A DNA stretch of 32,000 bases from Erysipelotrichaceae bacterium (GCA_030604855.1 JAUVVC010000003.1:1-32000), one strand, 5' to 3'. Positions 1 to 9,290 are shown, numbered from the stretch's first letter. Translations and numbers: made by a program. Notes: generated by a model from the sequence alone, not told the origin.

Positions 1-12
1 ATCATCAATAAA

Positions 13-54
13 GTCCTCACCCAAAGTATAACTGAATTCCCTTTGTGTGAGGAC
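13..54 (-). terminator. Putative rho-independent terminator downstream of nanE
   Basis: Stem GTCCTCAC (13-20) / GTGAGGAC (47-54), extended by CAAAG (22-26) / CTTTG (41-45). On the minus strand it is followed by TTTATT. It lies about 80 nt past the nanE stop. Confidence 0.45.
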
Positions 55-133
55 GATGAATAAATCATGGATTATGTTTTCTTTATTTTTCAAGATGGCG
101 AAGATTTATCTTCGTCACTTTTTTATTCGGCAA

Positions 134-835
134 TCAGCCAATCTTCTTAATTTCGCGCACGAAGCGATCGGTGATCTCTCTAGGGCGTGTGATTGCACCA
201 CCGACGATGACACAATGAGCTCCAAGCTCTAGCATTTTACGTGCTTGCTCAGGAGAATGAATGCGTCCTTCCGCAAAAACGGGAGCTTTACAAACAGCTG
301 TTATCTGCTTAACAAGTTCAAAGTTTGGACCGTCGGTCATCATGCTGTCCGGCGTATAGCCTCCCATTGTGGTACCGAGGAAATCTACACCTGCTGCCTC
401 AGCGGCACAGGCATCTTGGAGAGTTGCGCAGTCTGCCATGATAAGGACATCAGGATAACGTTCTTTGATCTGAGCAATGAATGCACTCGGACTTTGTTTG
501 TCCTCACGTGTGTGTGAGGTGAACTCAACGGCTATGGCTTCACAACCCGCTTCAACTAAAGCTTCAACCTCAAGCATCGTTGGTGTGATATAGGCTTCAG
601 AGTTTGGATAGTTCTGCTTGATCAAGCCGATGATGGGTAAACCTACCAAGGCCTTGATTTGAAGTATGTCACGTACAGAGTTTGCGCGTATTCCAACTGC
701 ACCTGCTTCTTCAGCCGCCTTTGCAAAGAGAGGCATGACACCGCCTTCTTCACGATACAAAGGTTCATGGGGTAGGGCTTGGCACGATACGATCAAACCG
801 TTTTTAAAAATTTCAAGTAGTTTCTCTTTAGTCAT
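134..835 (-). CDS. nanE: N-acetylmannosamine-6-phosphate 2-epimerase
   Basis: 233 aa. N-terminus LIVSCQALPHEPL, then IRANSV, GTTMGGYT and CVIVGGAITRP, typical of the NanE TIM-barrel family. SD AAAGGA lies upstream of the ATG. Adjacent to nanA. Confidence 0.9.
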   Translation of the reverse strand: MTKEKLLEIFKNGLIVSCQALPHEPLYREEGGVMPLFAKAAEEAGAVGIRANSVRDILQIKALVGLPIIGLIKQNYPNSEAYITPTMLEVEALVEAGCEAIAVEFTSHTREDKQSPSAFIAQIKERYPDVLIMADCATLQDACAAEAAGVDFLGTTMGGYTPDSMMTDGPNFELVKQITAVCKAPVFAEGRIHSPEQARKMLELGAHCVIVGGAITRPREITDRFVREIKKIG

Positions 836-890
836 GGTTCATCCTTTCTGATATCGCTGCTCATCAGCGATTGGATATCTTCAAAAGGAA

Positions 891-1829
891 TCAGCGATTT
901 GCCAATCGATTCAAGAGATCTATGTTTGTAATGTTATATTGACTCTTCAAATCTAAAAGTGACTTTACGATTGCCTGTTCTTGTTCAGCTGTGAAATTAT
1001 TGAAAGGTCTACGTGCATAACCCGCATTCACACCTGCGTGACGTAGACAGGCTTTCATCGCAGCCGTCATACTTCCGTGAGCAAGGATGTTCATGATGAG
1101 TCTTACTGCATTTGCTTGCAGTTCACTAGCTCTCGGTAAATCACTTGCCTTTACAGCATTATGGATATCGATGAATAAATCCGGAATCATGTTATAGAAG
1201 GAACCGATGATGCCATCGACGTTCAATGCGATATTGCTGGAGGCCATCTCATCGCTTCCGCCATAAATCAAGAAGTCTTGTCCACAAGCATCCTTGATTT
1301 GAGTGACTTCATATAAGGTGCTTGCAGTATACTTAACACCTACCACATTTTTCAATGTAGAAAGTTTCTCAATGGTTTGAATACTCATCAGTCCGGCCAA
1401 AGGAATGTTGTAAACAATCATGGGTAATGCGGTCGACTCAGCAATATCTTTGTAGTATTGAATGATTTGTGCTTCACTGAATCTCCAGTAAAAGGGAGGA
1501 ACACTTGAAACGCCATCGGCTCCAAAACTTTCAGCATGTTGAGCAAGATCGATTGAGATCTTTGTGGAAATCGCACCGACGTGGACAACGACAGGCACAC
1601 GTCCATTGACTTCACTCATGACGACTTCAACGACACGTTTACGCTCTTCTGGTGTCATCAAGAAACCTTCACCTGTTGAACCTGTCAAATACAAGCCACC
1701 AATCTCAAATGTTAATAGATAGCGAATAAACTCGCGTGTGGCTTGCTCGTCCAAGTTTTCATCTTGATCGAAAACGGTCAGAACGGCTGGAATCACACCT
1801 TTAAAATCTCGAATTGAATACGTACTCAT
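891..1829 (-). CDS. nanA: N-acetylneuraminate lyase (DHDPS/NanA family)
   Basis: Motifs TGSTGEGF, VYNIPL and the Schiff-base lysine context VGVKYT. I start at the ATG at 1829 (MSTYSIRDF...), preceded by GGAGG plus 5 nt. The ORF-track start at 1850 is a TTG with no SD. Confidence 0.9.
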   Translation of the reverse strand: MSTYSIRDFKGVIPAVLTVFDQDENLDEQATREFIRYLLTFEIGGLYLTGSTGEGFLMTPEERKRVVEVVMSEVNGRVPVVVHVGAISTKISIDLAQHAESFGADGVSSVPPFYWRFSEAQIIQYYKDIAESTALPMIVYNIPLAGLMSIQTIEKLSTLKNVVGVKYTASTLYEVTQIKDACGQDFLIYGGSDEMASSNIALNVDGIIGSFYNMIPDLFIDIHNAVKASDLPRASELQANAVRLIMNILAHGSMTAAMKACLRHAGVNAGYARRPFNNFTAEQEQAIVKSLLDLKSQYNITNIDLLNRLANR

Positions 1830-1976
1830 TTTTTCCTCCGTAAACTCCAAAAATTATTTAAATTGTGGAGTATTACTCTATTTTTGATTATAATGTAACT
1901 TAAATAGGAGCTTTTGTAAACAGCATATCGATAAATTGTTTGAATAATTCACAATCATCAGAAAAGGAGTACCCTC

Positions 1977-3509
1977 ATGAAAGAATTTAAACTTAAAGAA
2001 CTTCAAAACTATCGCGGCACGGGAGAAAGACCAAAAGATTTTGATGATTTCTGGAACTTGCGTATAAAGATGTTGAATCAAGTCCCATTGGATGTGTCAA
2101 TTGTTCCTGCTCTAGACATTGAATTTGATCACTATATTGTTAGCTCGCTCTATTTTAGAAGCTTTGATGGTGCTCGCATTCATGCAAAGTACATCCGACC
2201 CAAGACAAACGAACCTGTCGCCTGCGTATTGCAGTTCCATGGATATCCAGGCAGTAGTCGGCCTTACTTTGAACATGCCTCTTTTGTGGAAGCAGGTATG
2301 GCTGTGATTGCGATGGATTGTCGTGGACAGGGTGGACTCAGTGAGGATGTAGGTGGAATACAGGGTACGACGGTTAGTGGTCATTTGATTGCAGGTTTAG
2401 ACGATACTTTGGAGAACATGCTTTATGTAAAGATTTATTCAGATGTCTATATCTTGTCTAGAATTGCCATGAGTTTAAGTGAGTTGAATCCGGAAATTGT
2501 ATATGTGAATGGTGCCTCGCAAGGTGCTGCTCTCGCGTGTGTTTGTGCCGCTTTGAATCCAAACATAAAGAAGGCTACACTGCTTTACCCTTTTTTAAGT
2601 GATTTTGAGCGTGTTTTTGATTTGGGTTTTGATGTGATTGCATATGAAGGTCTGCGCTATTATAGCCGTTGGTTTGATCCGGATGGACACAATCGCAAGC
2701 GGATGTTTGATCGATTGGCTTACATTGATGTACAAAATTTCGCTCCAAGAGTTCGAGCAGAAGTGCTGTTTGGAATCAGCATGGCAGATACCGTATGTCC
2801 AATCTCAACACAGTTTGCTGTTTACAACAATCTTTCGTGTAAGAAAAGTTTGCATCGATATCCAGGAAAAGGACATGAGCCGATTCATGCATTTGATGAT
2901 TTAATTCTTCCATTCTTTGGTAAACCAAGATTGAAATCAAGACAAGTTTATGATGATGATTTGATGCGTTGTCACCTGCTCGGTAATAAGAGTTCGAAGC
3001 TGATTATTCAATTTCAACCCAATATAACGTACGGAGAACACTATCTTAGACGCTATGTTGCGCTCGGATATGAAGTGTTGACGGTTGAGACAAATTTGGA
3101 AAAATACAAAAAATCGACTAAAAAGTTGATTATGCGTTTAACGGATCTGTTGGATTACGAAAACTATGAGAAGATCATTCTGATAGCGGAGGATATTCAA
3201 GTTAAAGCAGCTCTGCAAAGTGCAATCGCTCTGAGGGCTGTGCATGCGCTGATTTTTCAAACACCTGTAGGTTTGACATATAAAGAAGTCAATAACGCAG
3301 ATAAGATCAATGCGAATGTCGTGCTCGGATTAGGTGGATTGGATGAAGAGACTAACACAAGAATGAATCATGTATTTTTTGCAAACGTGGTCACAGAAAA
3401 ACAAATCATGGTTTATCCAAAATACGGACGCGAGAGGATCAATGCTTTTGAGGACTTGAAGCTTAGACTTCTTGAGTGTGAAAAGAATCAATTTGGTTCA
3501 AATAAATAA
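1977..3509 (+). CDS. CE7-family acetyl esterase (acetyl xylan esterase / cephalosporin-C deacetylase-like) with an extra C-terminal alpha/beta-like domain; probable sialate O-acetylesterase by context
   Basis: The N-terminal ~320 aa carry all three CE7 signatures: MDCRGQGG, GASQGAA (nucleophile elbow) and GKGHEP (catalytic His). SD AAAGGAG precedes the ATG. A further ~190 aa follow (see findings). Confidence 0.85.
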   Translation: MKEFKLKELQNYRGTGERPKDFDDFWNLRIKMLNQVPLDVSIVPALDIEFDHYIVSSLYFRSFDGARIHAKYIRPKTNEPVACVLQFHGYPGSSRPYFEHASFVEAGMAVIAMDCRGQGGLSEDVGGIQGTTVSGHLIAGLDDTLENMLYVKIYSDVYILSRIAMSLSELNPEIVYVNGASQGAALACVCAALNPNIKKATLLYPFLSDFERVFDLGFDVIAYEGLRYYSRWFDPDGHNRKRMFDRLAYIDVQNFAPRVRAEVLFGISMADTVCPISTQFAVYNNLSCKKSLHRYPGKGHEPIHAFDDLILPFFGKPRLKSRQVYDDDLMRCHLLGNKSSKLIIQFQPNITYGEHYLRRYVALGYEVLTVETNLEKYKKSTKKLIMRLTDLLDYENYEKIILIAEDIQVKAALQSAIALRAVHALIFQTPVGLTYKEVNNADKINANVVLGLGGLDEETNTRMNHVFFANVVTEKQIMVYPKYGRERINAFEDLKLRLLECEKNQFGSNK

Positions 3510-3526
3510 TTTATAAAAAAAGTACT

Positions 3527-3540
3527 TGTAAGGGTTTACA
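3527..3540 (+). promoter_or_regulatory. cre-like (CcpA) palindrome overlapping the -35 of the ABC operon promoter
   Basis: TGTAAGGGTTTACA compared with the remembered cre consensus TGWAANCGNTNWCA: only the central C is mismatched, and the arms TGTAA/TTACA are palindromic. Confidence 0.3.
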
Positions 3541-3563
3541 GCTTAAACGTTTGATGCTATGAT
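3535..3563 (+). promoter_or_regulatory. Putative sigma-A promoter of the ABC importer operon
   Basis: TTTACA (3535-3540), 17-nt spacer, TATGAT (3558-3563), with an extended -10 TGc immediately upstream. Confidence 0.45.
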
Positions 3564-3673
3564 GATTGCAAATGGAGCAAAACGCCAAAAAATAGAAATA
3601 AAAGGGAGTTAAATTCCTATTATGTCTTATGCTTTGCTCACATTCCAGACCTTATCAGAAAGGGAGAAATGAA

Positions 3674-5275
3674 ATGAAGAGAATCGTATTGATCATTGCA
3701 TCGTTGGCTCTCGTTGTTGGCATGCTTACCGCATGTTCAAAACCAGCTGAACCAACAGAGCCTGAAGTTGTTTATACCAATCCTTTACAGGATGTACGCG
3801 TACGTCAAGCATTATGGTATGCGATCGACTGGGAAACCATTACAGATACTTTGTGGAACGGCAATGTAACGCCAGCACCAAAAAGCTTGGTTCCAGAAGG
3901 CGAATGGCAGGCGAGTGGATTGACGGACTACTCTTACAATCCAGAAAAAGCCAAAGAATTGCTTGAAGCTGCTAAATGGGATTCAGAATATGTATTGAAA
4001 GCGGTCTACTATACTGGAAATTTACTAGATTCCATCACAGCTATCCAAGCGTATTGGGCTGAAGTGGGTGTCAAAATGGAATTCCAATTATTGACAGACA
4101 ACTTGACCGTCCAATTATGGACACCTCCAGCAGACAAAGTCAATGGACCTTCTGAAGTGGATTGGGATATTGCGTTTGCAGGAACCAATGCCTTAACTTT
4201 AGGCGAGTATTACTTACGTTATCATTCAACTGCAGCCAACAACTCGACCATTCCTTATGATGCGGAATTGGATCGACTTGTGGAAGTCATCAAGACAGCT
4301 GTAACAACAGAAGATCAAAAAGCAGCATTCAACGCAATGCAAAAATATGTGAATGAAAAAGTTTATACCTTACCAATGTTCTACTTACCAAGTTGGATAG
4401 CGACAAGCGACAAATTGGATATGAAGGGCAATGAAGCAGGGAATGACCAATTCAGTTACACCAAGAATATCTTAGATTGGACAATCGCACGTGATGACAA
4501 AACCATGTATACCAATACGGGTGCCGTCAGTGCGCTTGAACATACCGCTACAAACCCAGGTTTATTCTGGCACCAAGAAATAGTATTCGATCGTTTGATC
4601 AATGCATCACCAGCACTCGTGCCAACAGATGGGTCCTTAGCAGAATCCTTTACGGTATCTGAAGATGGAAAATCCATTGAATTCGTAATCCGTAGTGGTG
4701 TTAAATGGCATGATGGTGTTGATTTCACAGCTGAAGATGTCAAATGGACACTTGAATACTATCCAACCATTCCTGGCGCAAATGCCTTGATGACCGGTGT
4801 ATTTGGTGATATCAAAGCCATCACAGTGGATGGAAACAAGCTTAATGTTGAGTTTAACAATGTACAACCAACAGCGCTTACCATCTTCTCACAATGGGCT
4901 ATCCTTCCAAAACATAAACTTGAAAAAGTAGATCCAGCCCTCTTCTCAGCAGATACCTTCTGGCAAAAGCCGATTGGTACAGGTCCGTTCAAAGTTCAAG
5001 AAGTGAAGCTTGGGCAACATACGATCCTAACTCGTAACAATGACTACTTCAAACCTGGTACTGGTAACATTGAAAAAATCTTTATGTATCCAAGCACTGA
5101 TCAAGGCGATCCAAACCTTGTGACCAACGCTTTGGCAGGAACCATTGACTATGCATTCGTCAAAGATGCTGCACAAGTCGAACAAATTCGTGCTTTGCCA
5201 AACTATACTGTTGATACAGTCAACGTAACGTTCACACGCTATGCCTTCATCAACATGTTTCCCCGCAAAGAATAA
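3674..5275 (+). CDS. ABC transporter substrate-binding lipoprotein, family 5 (Opp/Dpp type), with apparently permuted domain order
   Basis: Start at ATG 3674 (MKRIVLIIASLALVVGMLTAC, lipobox LTAC), with SD AGGGAG upstream. Family-5 motifs are present: DVRVRQALWYAID, YNPEKAKELLEAAKW, LAESFTVSEDGKSIEFVIRSGVKWHDG, PIGTGPFKV. Confidence 0.85.
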   Translation: MKRIVLIIASLALVVGMLTACSKPAEPTEPEVVYTNPLQDVRVRQALWYAIDWETITDTLWNGNVTPAPKSLVPEGEWQASGLTDYSYNPEKAKELLEAAKWDSEYVLKAVYYTGNLLDSITAIQAYWAEVGVKMEFQLLTDNLTVQLWTPPADKVNGPSEVDWDIAFAGTNALTLGEYYLRYHSTAANNSTIPYDAELDRLVEVIKTAVTTEDQKAAFNAMQKYVNEKVYTLPMFYLPSWIATSDKLDMKGNEAGNDQFSYTKNILDWTIARDDKTMYTNTGAVSALEHTATNPGLFWHQEIVFDRLINASPALVPTDGSLAESFTVSEDGKSIEFVIRSGVKWHDGVDFTAEDVKWTLEYYPTIPGANALMTGVFGDIKAITVDGNKLNVEFNNVQPTALTIFSQWAILPKHKLEKVDPALFSADTFWQKPIGTGPFKVQEVKLGQHTILTRNNDYFKPGTGNIEKIFMYPSTDQGDPNLVTNALAGTIDYAFVKDAAQVEQIRALPNYTVDTVNVTFTRYAFINMFPRKE

Positions 5276-5295
5276 GTAAATTGTAAAAGTTGAGA

Positions 5296-5323
5296 CAAAG
5301 CTGGCATAATATAGCCAGCTTTG
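5296..5323 (+). other. Intercistronic stem-loop between the SBP and first permease gene (no T-tract)
   Basis: Perfect 10-bp stem CAAAGCTGGC / GCCAGCTTTG with an 8-nt loop. No U-run follows, so it is more likely an mRNA-stabilising or partial attenuator hairpin than a full terminator. Confidence 0.5.
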
Positions 5324-5352
5324 CCTTGAATAGAATCCAATAGAGGTGTAAA

Positions 5353-6312
5353 ATGTTCAACTACATTGTTCGTAAACTATTAGGCATGATTCCGATGTTG
5401 CTCGTCATCACTTTTTTGATTTTCGTAGGCATTGAGATGATGCCAGGGGATGTCATTGATTTTCTGATTCCGATGGATGAGCTTGCACGCATGACACCTG
5501 ATGAAGTGAATCAAGTGCGTGAAGCGCTTGGGCTCAATCAACCGATGTTATTTCGATATTTCAGTTGGCTATGGGGGATTGTGCGAGGAGATCTTGGCTA
5601 CAGCATGCAGAACAGTGTTGCTGTAAGTAAGCTGCTGTTGGACCGATTACCCGCTACGCTTGAACTATCGATTGCAGCTCTATTGATTTCTACCTTCTTA
5701 GGAAGTTTCTTAGGTGTGATATCTGCGATTCGAAAAGGAAAAATTGCAGACAATGTTCTAAGCATGGCAGGTATGATCGGCGTCGCGATTCCGCAGTTCC
5801 TTTTTGGTCTTGTATGTATCCTTGTTTTTGGAATCTATCTGAAATGGTTGCCTGTTGGAGGACGTTTCTTACCCGGCAAAGAAGCATTTTTCGAGCGCTT
5901 GGAGTATTTGATTATGCCGGCGATGGTTTTGGGCATTTCAATGACAGCAGGTGTCATGCGTTATAGTCGAGCAAGTATGCTGGATTCGATGAATCGCGAT
6001 TATGTAAAAACAGCTCGAAGTAAAGGCTTATCCGAGTGGAAAGTCAACCTTTTTCATGGTTTGAGAGTTGCTTATACACCCGTCATGGTTTTGATTGGCT
6101 TTAGACTTCCCATGTTGATAGGCGGTTCTTTAGTCATCGAGCAAATCTTTCAATGGCCAGGTGTGGGGATACTGTTTACGGATGCAATCCGAAGTCAAAA
6201 CACACCCATCATCATGTCCGTTGGACTATTCATGGTTCTAATCGTCTTAGTTTCGAGTTTATTGGTAGATGTCTTAACAGCCGTATTGGATCCAAGGGTT
6301 AAATTATCATGA
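5353..6312 (+). CDS. ABC transporter permease (DppB/OppB-like)
   Basis: 319 aa and multi-TM. N-terminal MFNYIVRKLLGMIPMLLVITFLIF, plus an EAA-loop-like YVKTARSKGLSEWKV typical of the BPD_transp_1 Opp/Dpp permease family. Confidence 0.9.
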   Translation: MFNYIVRKLLGMIPMLLVITFLIFVGIEMMPGDVIDFLIPMDELARMTPDEVNQVREALGLNQPMLFRYFSWLWGIVRGDLGYSMQNSVAVSKLLLDRLPATLELSIAALLISTFLGSFLGVISAIRKGKIADNVLSMAGMIGVAIPQFLFGLVCILVFGIYLKWLPVGGRFLPGKEAFFERLEYLIMPAMVLGISMTAGVMRYSRASMLDSMNRDYVKTARSKGLSEWKVNLFHGLRVAYTPVMVLIGFRLPMLIGGSLVIEQIFQWPGVGILFTDAIRSQNTPIIMSVGLFMVLIVLVSSLLVDVLTAVLDPRVKLS

Positions 6313-7238
6313 GTAACACAATTCGTAAAACTGCCTTAGATCGCAAGATGGATCGATTGCTTGCATTAGAAGAACAAGGCCAACTAAAAACAAATCTAAA
6401 AAGTCGTGCATTTCGTAAGATACTAGCAAATAAACTTGCTGTTCTTGGCGTGGTCCTCTTTACCATCATTGTTTTATTAAGTGTGGCAGCACCACTGTTT
6501 ACTAAGTTTTCTTCAACACAACTTGATTTGAGAAGCATGCTCACCGCTCCAAATGAAACCCACCTCTTTGGAACGGATCAACTTGGTCGCGACATTTGGG
6601 CGCGCATGTTGTATGGAGGCCGTATTTCGATCCTTGTTGGTTTTGGAAGTGCGATTGGAGCAGCGCTGATCGGTGTCACACTCGGCATCTATGTAGGTTA
6701 CAAAGGAGGATGGTTGGATTCAATCATCTTGAAATTCTCCGAGATCTTCATGGCTTTTCCACAAATCATAATTATTTTGATCGTTATGGCGATCACAAAA
6801 GCGAGTCTAACCAACATCGTTGTCATCTTCATTTTGACAGGTTGGCCAAGCATGTATCGTATGACACGCTCGCAAATCCTATCCATCAAGGAACAAGACT
6901 ACATTCAAGCATTAAGAGCCTTTGGAATCGGTGATTTGAAAATCTGTTTTAAACACATGCTTCCCAATGCGATTGGTCCTATTTTTGTAAACATCACACT
7001 CTCTACAGCCATGTTCATCTTACAAGAATCTGCATTAAGTTACCTAGGTCTTGGTGTCCCACCGGAAGTAGCGACTTGGGGTAATATTCTCAATATCGTA
7101 AATGGTCGTTTTGACTACATTCAGCAGTATTGGTGGTTGTGGGTGCCAACAGGTGCGATGCTGACGATTTTCATTTTGGCAATCAACTTTATTGGCGATG
7201 GGCTTCGTGACGCGAGTGACCCAACGCAATTGGGTTAG
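6309..7238 (+). CDS. ABC transporter permease (DppC/OppC-like)
   Basis: 309 aa. HLFGTDQLGRDIWARMLYGGRISI is the typical OppC N-terminal motif. YIQALRAFGIGDLKICFKHMLPN is the EAA loop. ATGA start/stop overlap with the upstream permease. Confidence 0.9.
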   Translation: MSNTIRKTALDRKMDRLLALEEQGQLKTNLKSRAFRKILANKLAVLGVVLFTIIVLLSVAAPLFTKFSSTQLDLRSMLTAPNETHLFGTDQLGRDIWARMLYGGRISILVGFGSAIGAALIGVTLGIYVGYKGGWLDSIILKFSEIFMAFPQIIIILIVMAITKASLTNIVVIFILTGWPSMYRMTRSQILSIKEQDYIQALRAFGIGDLKICFKHMLPNAIGPIFVNITLSTAMFILQESALSYLGLGVPPEVATWGNILNIVNGRFDYIQQYWWLWVPTGAMLTIFILAINFIGDGLRDASDPTQLG

Positions 7239-7250
7239 GAGGAACAAAAC

Positions 7251-8264
7251 ATGATCAATGACATTGTAGTAAAGGTCAGAGACCTCCATGTGTATTTCTA
7301 TACGAACCAACGTTGCAATAAAGTTTTAAACGGGGTTAGTTTTGATATTAAAAAGGGAAAGACATTATGTGTCGTAGGAGAAAGTGGCTGTGGGAAATCC
7401 GTGACCGCAAACACGATCCTACAATTGCTCCCAGAACTTTCACGAATTGAAAAGGGGTCCATTGAATATCAGAAGGATGATCAACTCATTCGCATCGATC
7501 AGCTTCAGAAAAATGGAAAACAGATGCGTAAGCTTCGTGGCGAAGACATTGCCATCATATTCCAAGATCCGATGACGGCACTTAATCCTGTTTATACTGT
7601 CGGGCATCAAATTCGAGAGATGATTTTTGAACATATTCCAAATCTTAATAAAAAGCAGGCTTTTGAGCGTTCTGTTAAAAGCTTAGCTGAAATGGGGATT
7701 TCCGCTCCTGAACAACGTGATCGTGAATATCCACATCAGTTTTCGGGAGGCATGCGACAACGTGCGATGATTGCCATGGCGATGAGTTGTGCACCTAAAG
7801 TACTGATTGCGGATGAACCCACAACGGCACTAGACGTAACGATATCCGCTCAGATATTTGATCTGATTAATGAACTAAAAACCCAACATGAAACAGCCAT
7901 AATGTTGATAACACATAATATGGGTGTTGTTGCTGAGATGGCAGATGAAGTTGCGGTCATGTATATGGGGAATATCGTAGAATATGGAAAAGTAGAAGAT
8001 GTATTGACACAAGCTCGACATCCCTACACAAGAGCTCTCCTCAGATCAATACCTGTCTTAGGTAAAGGGAAGGATCAAGTGCTTGAGCCCGTTCGCGGTA
8101 TGACGCCAGATCCATTCAATCGTCCGAAAGGCTGTCAATTCTGCCCACGTTGTGATTTCGCGACTGAATTGTGCGAGAATAAGATGCCACCTGAAACGTT
8201 CATTGATGAGAACCATTATGTGCGTTGTTTCCATCATGAAGAGGTGATCAAACATGCAAAATAA
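7251..8264 (+). CDS. ABC transporter ATP-binding protein (DppD/OppD-like)
   Basis: Walker A GESGCGKS, signature FSGGMRQR, Walker [12 protein letters not shown]. Cys-rich C-terminal extension [15 protein letters not shown]. Confidence 0.9.
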   Translation: MINDIVVKVRDLHVYFYTNQRCNKVLNGVSFDIKKGKTLCVVGESGCGKSVTANTILQLLPELSRIEKGSIEYQKDDQLIRIDQLQKNGKQMRKLRGEDIAIIFQDPMTALNPVYTVGHQIREMIFEHIPNLNKKQAFERSVKSLAEMGISAPEQRDREYPHQFSGGMRQRAMIAMAMSCAPKVLIADEPTTALDVTISAQIFDLINELKTQHETAIMLITHNMGVVAEMADEVAVMYMGNIVEYGKVEDVLTQARHPYTRALLRSIPVLGKGKDQVLEPVRGMTPDPFNRPKGCQFCPRCDFATELCENKMPPETFIDENHYVRCFHHEEVIKHAK

Positions 8265-9273
8265 ACCAGAAGTATTGTTAAGAATTCGAGGATCAAAAAC
8301 GCATTTTGCAATCAAAAAAGGTGTTTTAAAAAAGACTCAAGCCTTTGTCAAAGCAGTCGATGATGTCGATCTTGATGTTTATCGTGGGGAGACCCTTGGT
8401 ATCGTTGGTGAATCGGGTTGTGGAAAGACAACCTTTGGGAAATCAATCCTACAATTGATACCCATTACTGGCGGATCTTACGAATATGCATTTAAAGATG
8501 GAATCAAAGACTTAAGAACACTCAATAAGAAAGAGATTGACAACGCACGTTCAACGATTCAAATCGTTTTTCAAGATCCCTACTCATCACTCAATCCTGC
8601 AATGAGCATCTTTGATCAGCTCCAAGATCCACTCATCAAATTTGGCGTCAAAAATAAAAAAGAACGTGTTGATATCATTGGTAAGTTACTTGAGGATGTG
8701 AATCTACCACGTGAATACATGACACGTTATCCAAATGAGTTTTCAGGTGGACAACGGCAACGGATTGGAATTGCACGTGCACTTTCAGTTAATCCAGAAT
8801 TGATCATTTGTGATGAAGCGGTCTCTGCACTTGATGTATCCATTCAAGCTCAGGTTTTGAAATTGTTAAAGAAACTCAAAGATGAACATCAACTAACCTA
8901 TTTATTCATCACCCATGATTTATCAGTTGTGGAGTATATCGCAGATCGTGTTGCGGTCATGTATCTTGGTAAGATTGTAGAGCTTGCAAAAACAGAAGAT
9001 CTATTTGCGAATCCGCTTCACCCCTATACCAAGGCATTACTTTCAGCAATTCCGATTGCAGATTTAGCTCAAAAGAAAAAAAGGATTCCTCTACAAGGAG
9101 ATGTCCCATCACCAGTATATCCTCCTTCAGGATGTCCATTTCATCCAAGATGTCCTGAATGTATGGAAATCTGTAAGACACAAAAACCTGAATATCGCCG
9201 TTTTGAAGTCCATGGAAGTGAGCGTTATGCATCTTGTCACAAAATAGACTTGAGTGATGTTTCGAATAAGTAA
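8254..9273 (+). CDS. ABC transporter ATP-binding protein (DppF/OppF-like)
   Basis: Walker A GESGCGKT, signature FSGGQRQR, Walker [13 protein letters not shown]-terminal [15 protein letters not shown]. Overlaps the upstream ATPase gene by 11 nt. Confidence 0.9.
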   Translation: MQNKPEVLLRIRGSKTHFAIKKGVLKKTQAFVKAVDDVDLDVYRGETLGIVGESGCGKTTFGKSILQLIPITGGSYEYAFKDGIKDLRTLNKKEIDNARSTIQIVFQDPYSSLNPAMSIFDQLQDPLIKFGVKNKKERVDIIGKLLEDVNLPREYMTRYPNEFSGGQRQRIGIARALSVNPELIICDEAVSALDVSIQAQVLKLLKKLKDEHQLTYLFITHDLSVVEYIADRVAVMYLGKIVELAKTEDLFANPLHPYTKALLSAIPIADLAQKKKRIPLQGDVPSPVYPPSGCPFHPRCPECMEICKTQKPEYRRFEVHGSERYASCHKIDLSDVSNK

Positions 9274-9290
9274 GAAATTAGTTTAGTCCA

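Noticed and set aside
47-851. Plus-strand ORFs at 47-232, 245-517 and 666-851, antisense to nanE.
   Set aside because: They lie entirely within or opposite a well-supported NanE coding region. They have no SD and an odd composition (Cys/Arg/Ser-rich), typical of shadow ORFs.
1830-1850. N-terminal extensions in the ORF track, with starts at 1850, 3629, 9371, 12353, 14732, 15681, 17202, 21535, 26671 and 30140.
   Set aside because: In each case an internal ATG/GTG/TTG has a properly spaced GGAGG-like SD and yields the family-typical N-terminus. The longer versions start at weak codons without an SD or would swallow the SD itself.
3622-3672. 16-codon upstream ORF (MSYALLTFQTLSEREK) in the leader of the SBP gene, ending 1 nt before the SBP ATG.
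   Set aside because: The nearest SD-like element (AAAGGGAG) is about 13 nt away, and the peptide has no distinctive feature. This is not enough evidence for a regulatory leader peptide.
7251-9273. Cys-rich C-terminal tails of both Opp/Dpp-type ATPases ([15 protein letters not shown] and [15 protein letters not shown]), considered as a possible novel metal-binding feature.
   Set aside because: As far as I recall, such Cys motifs are a known conserved feature of the OppD/OppF C-terminal extension (reported to bind an Fe-S cluster in some members). Not novel.
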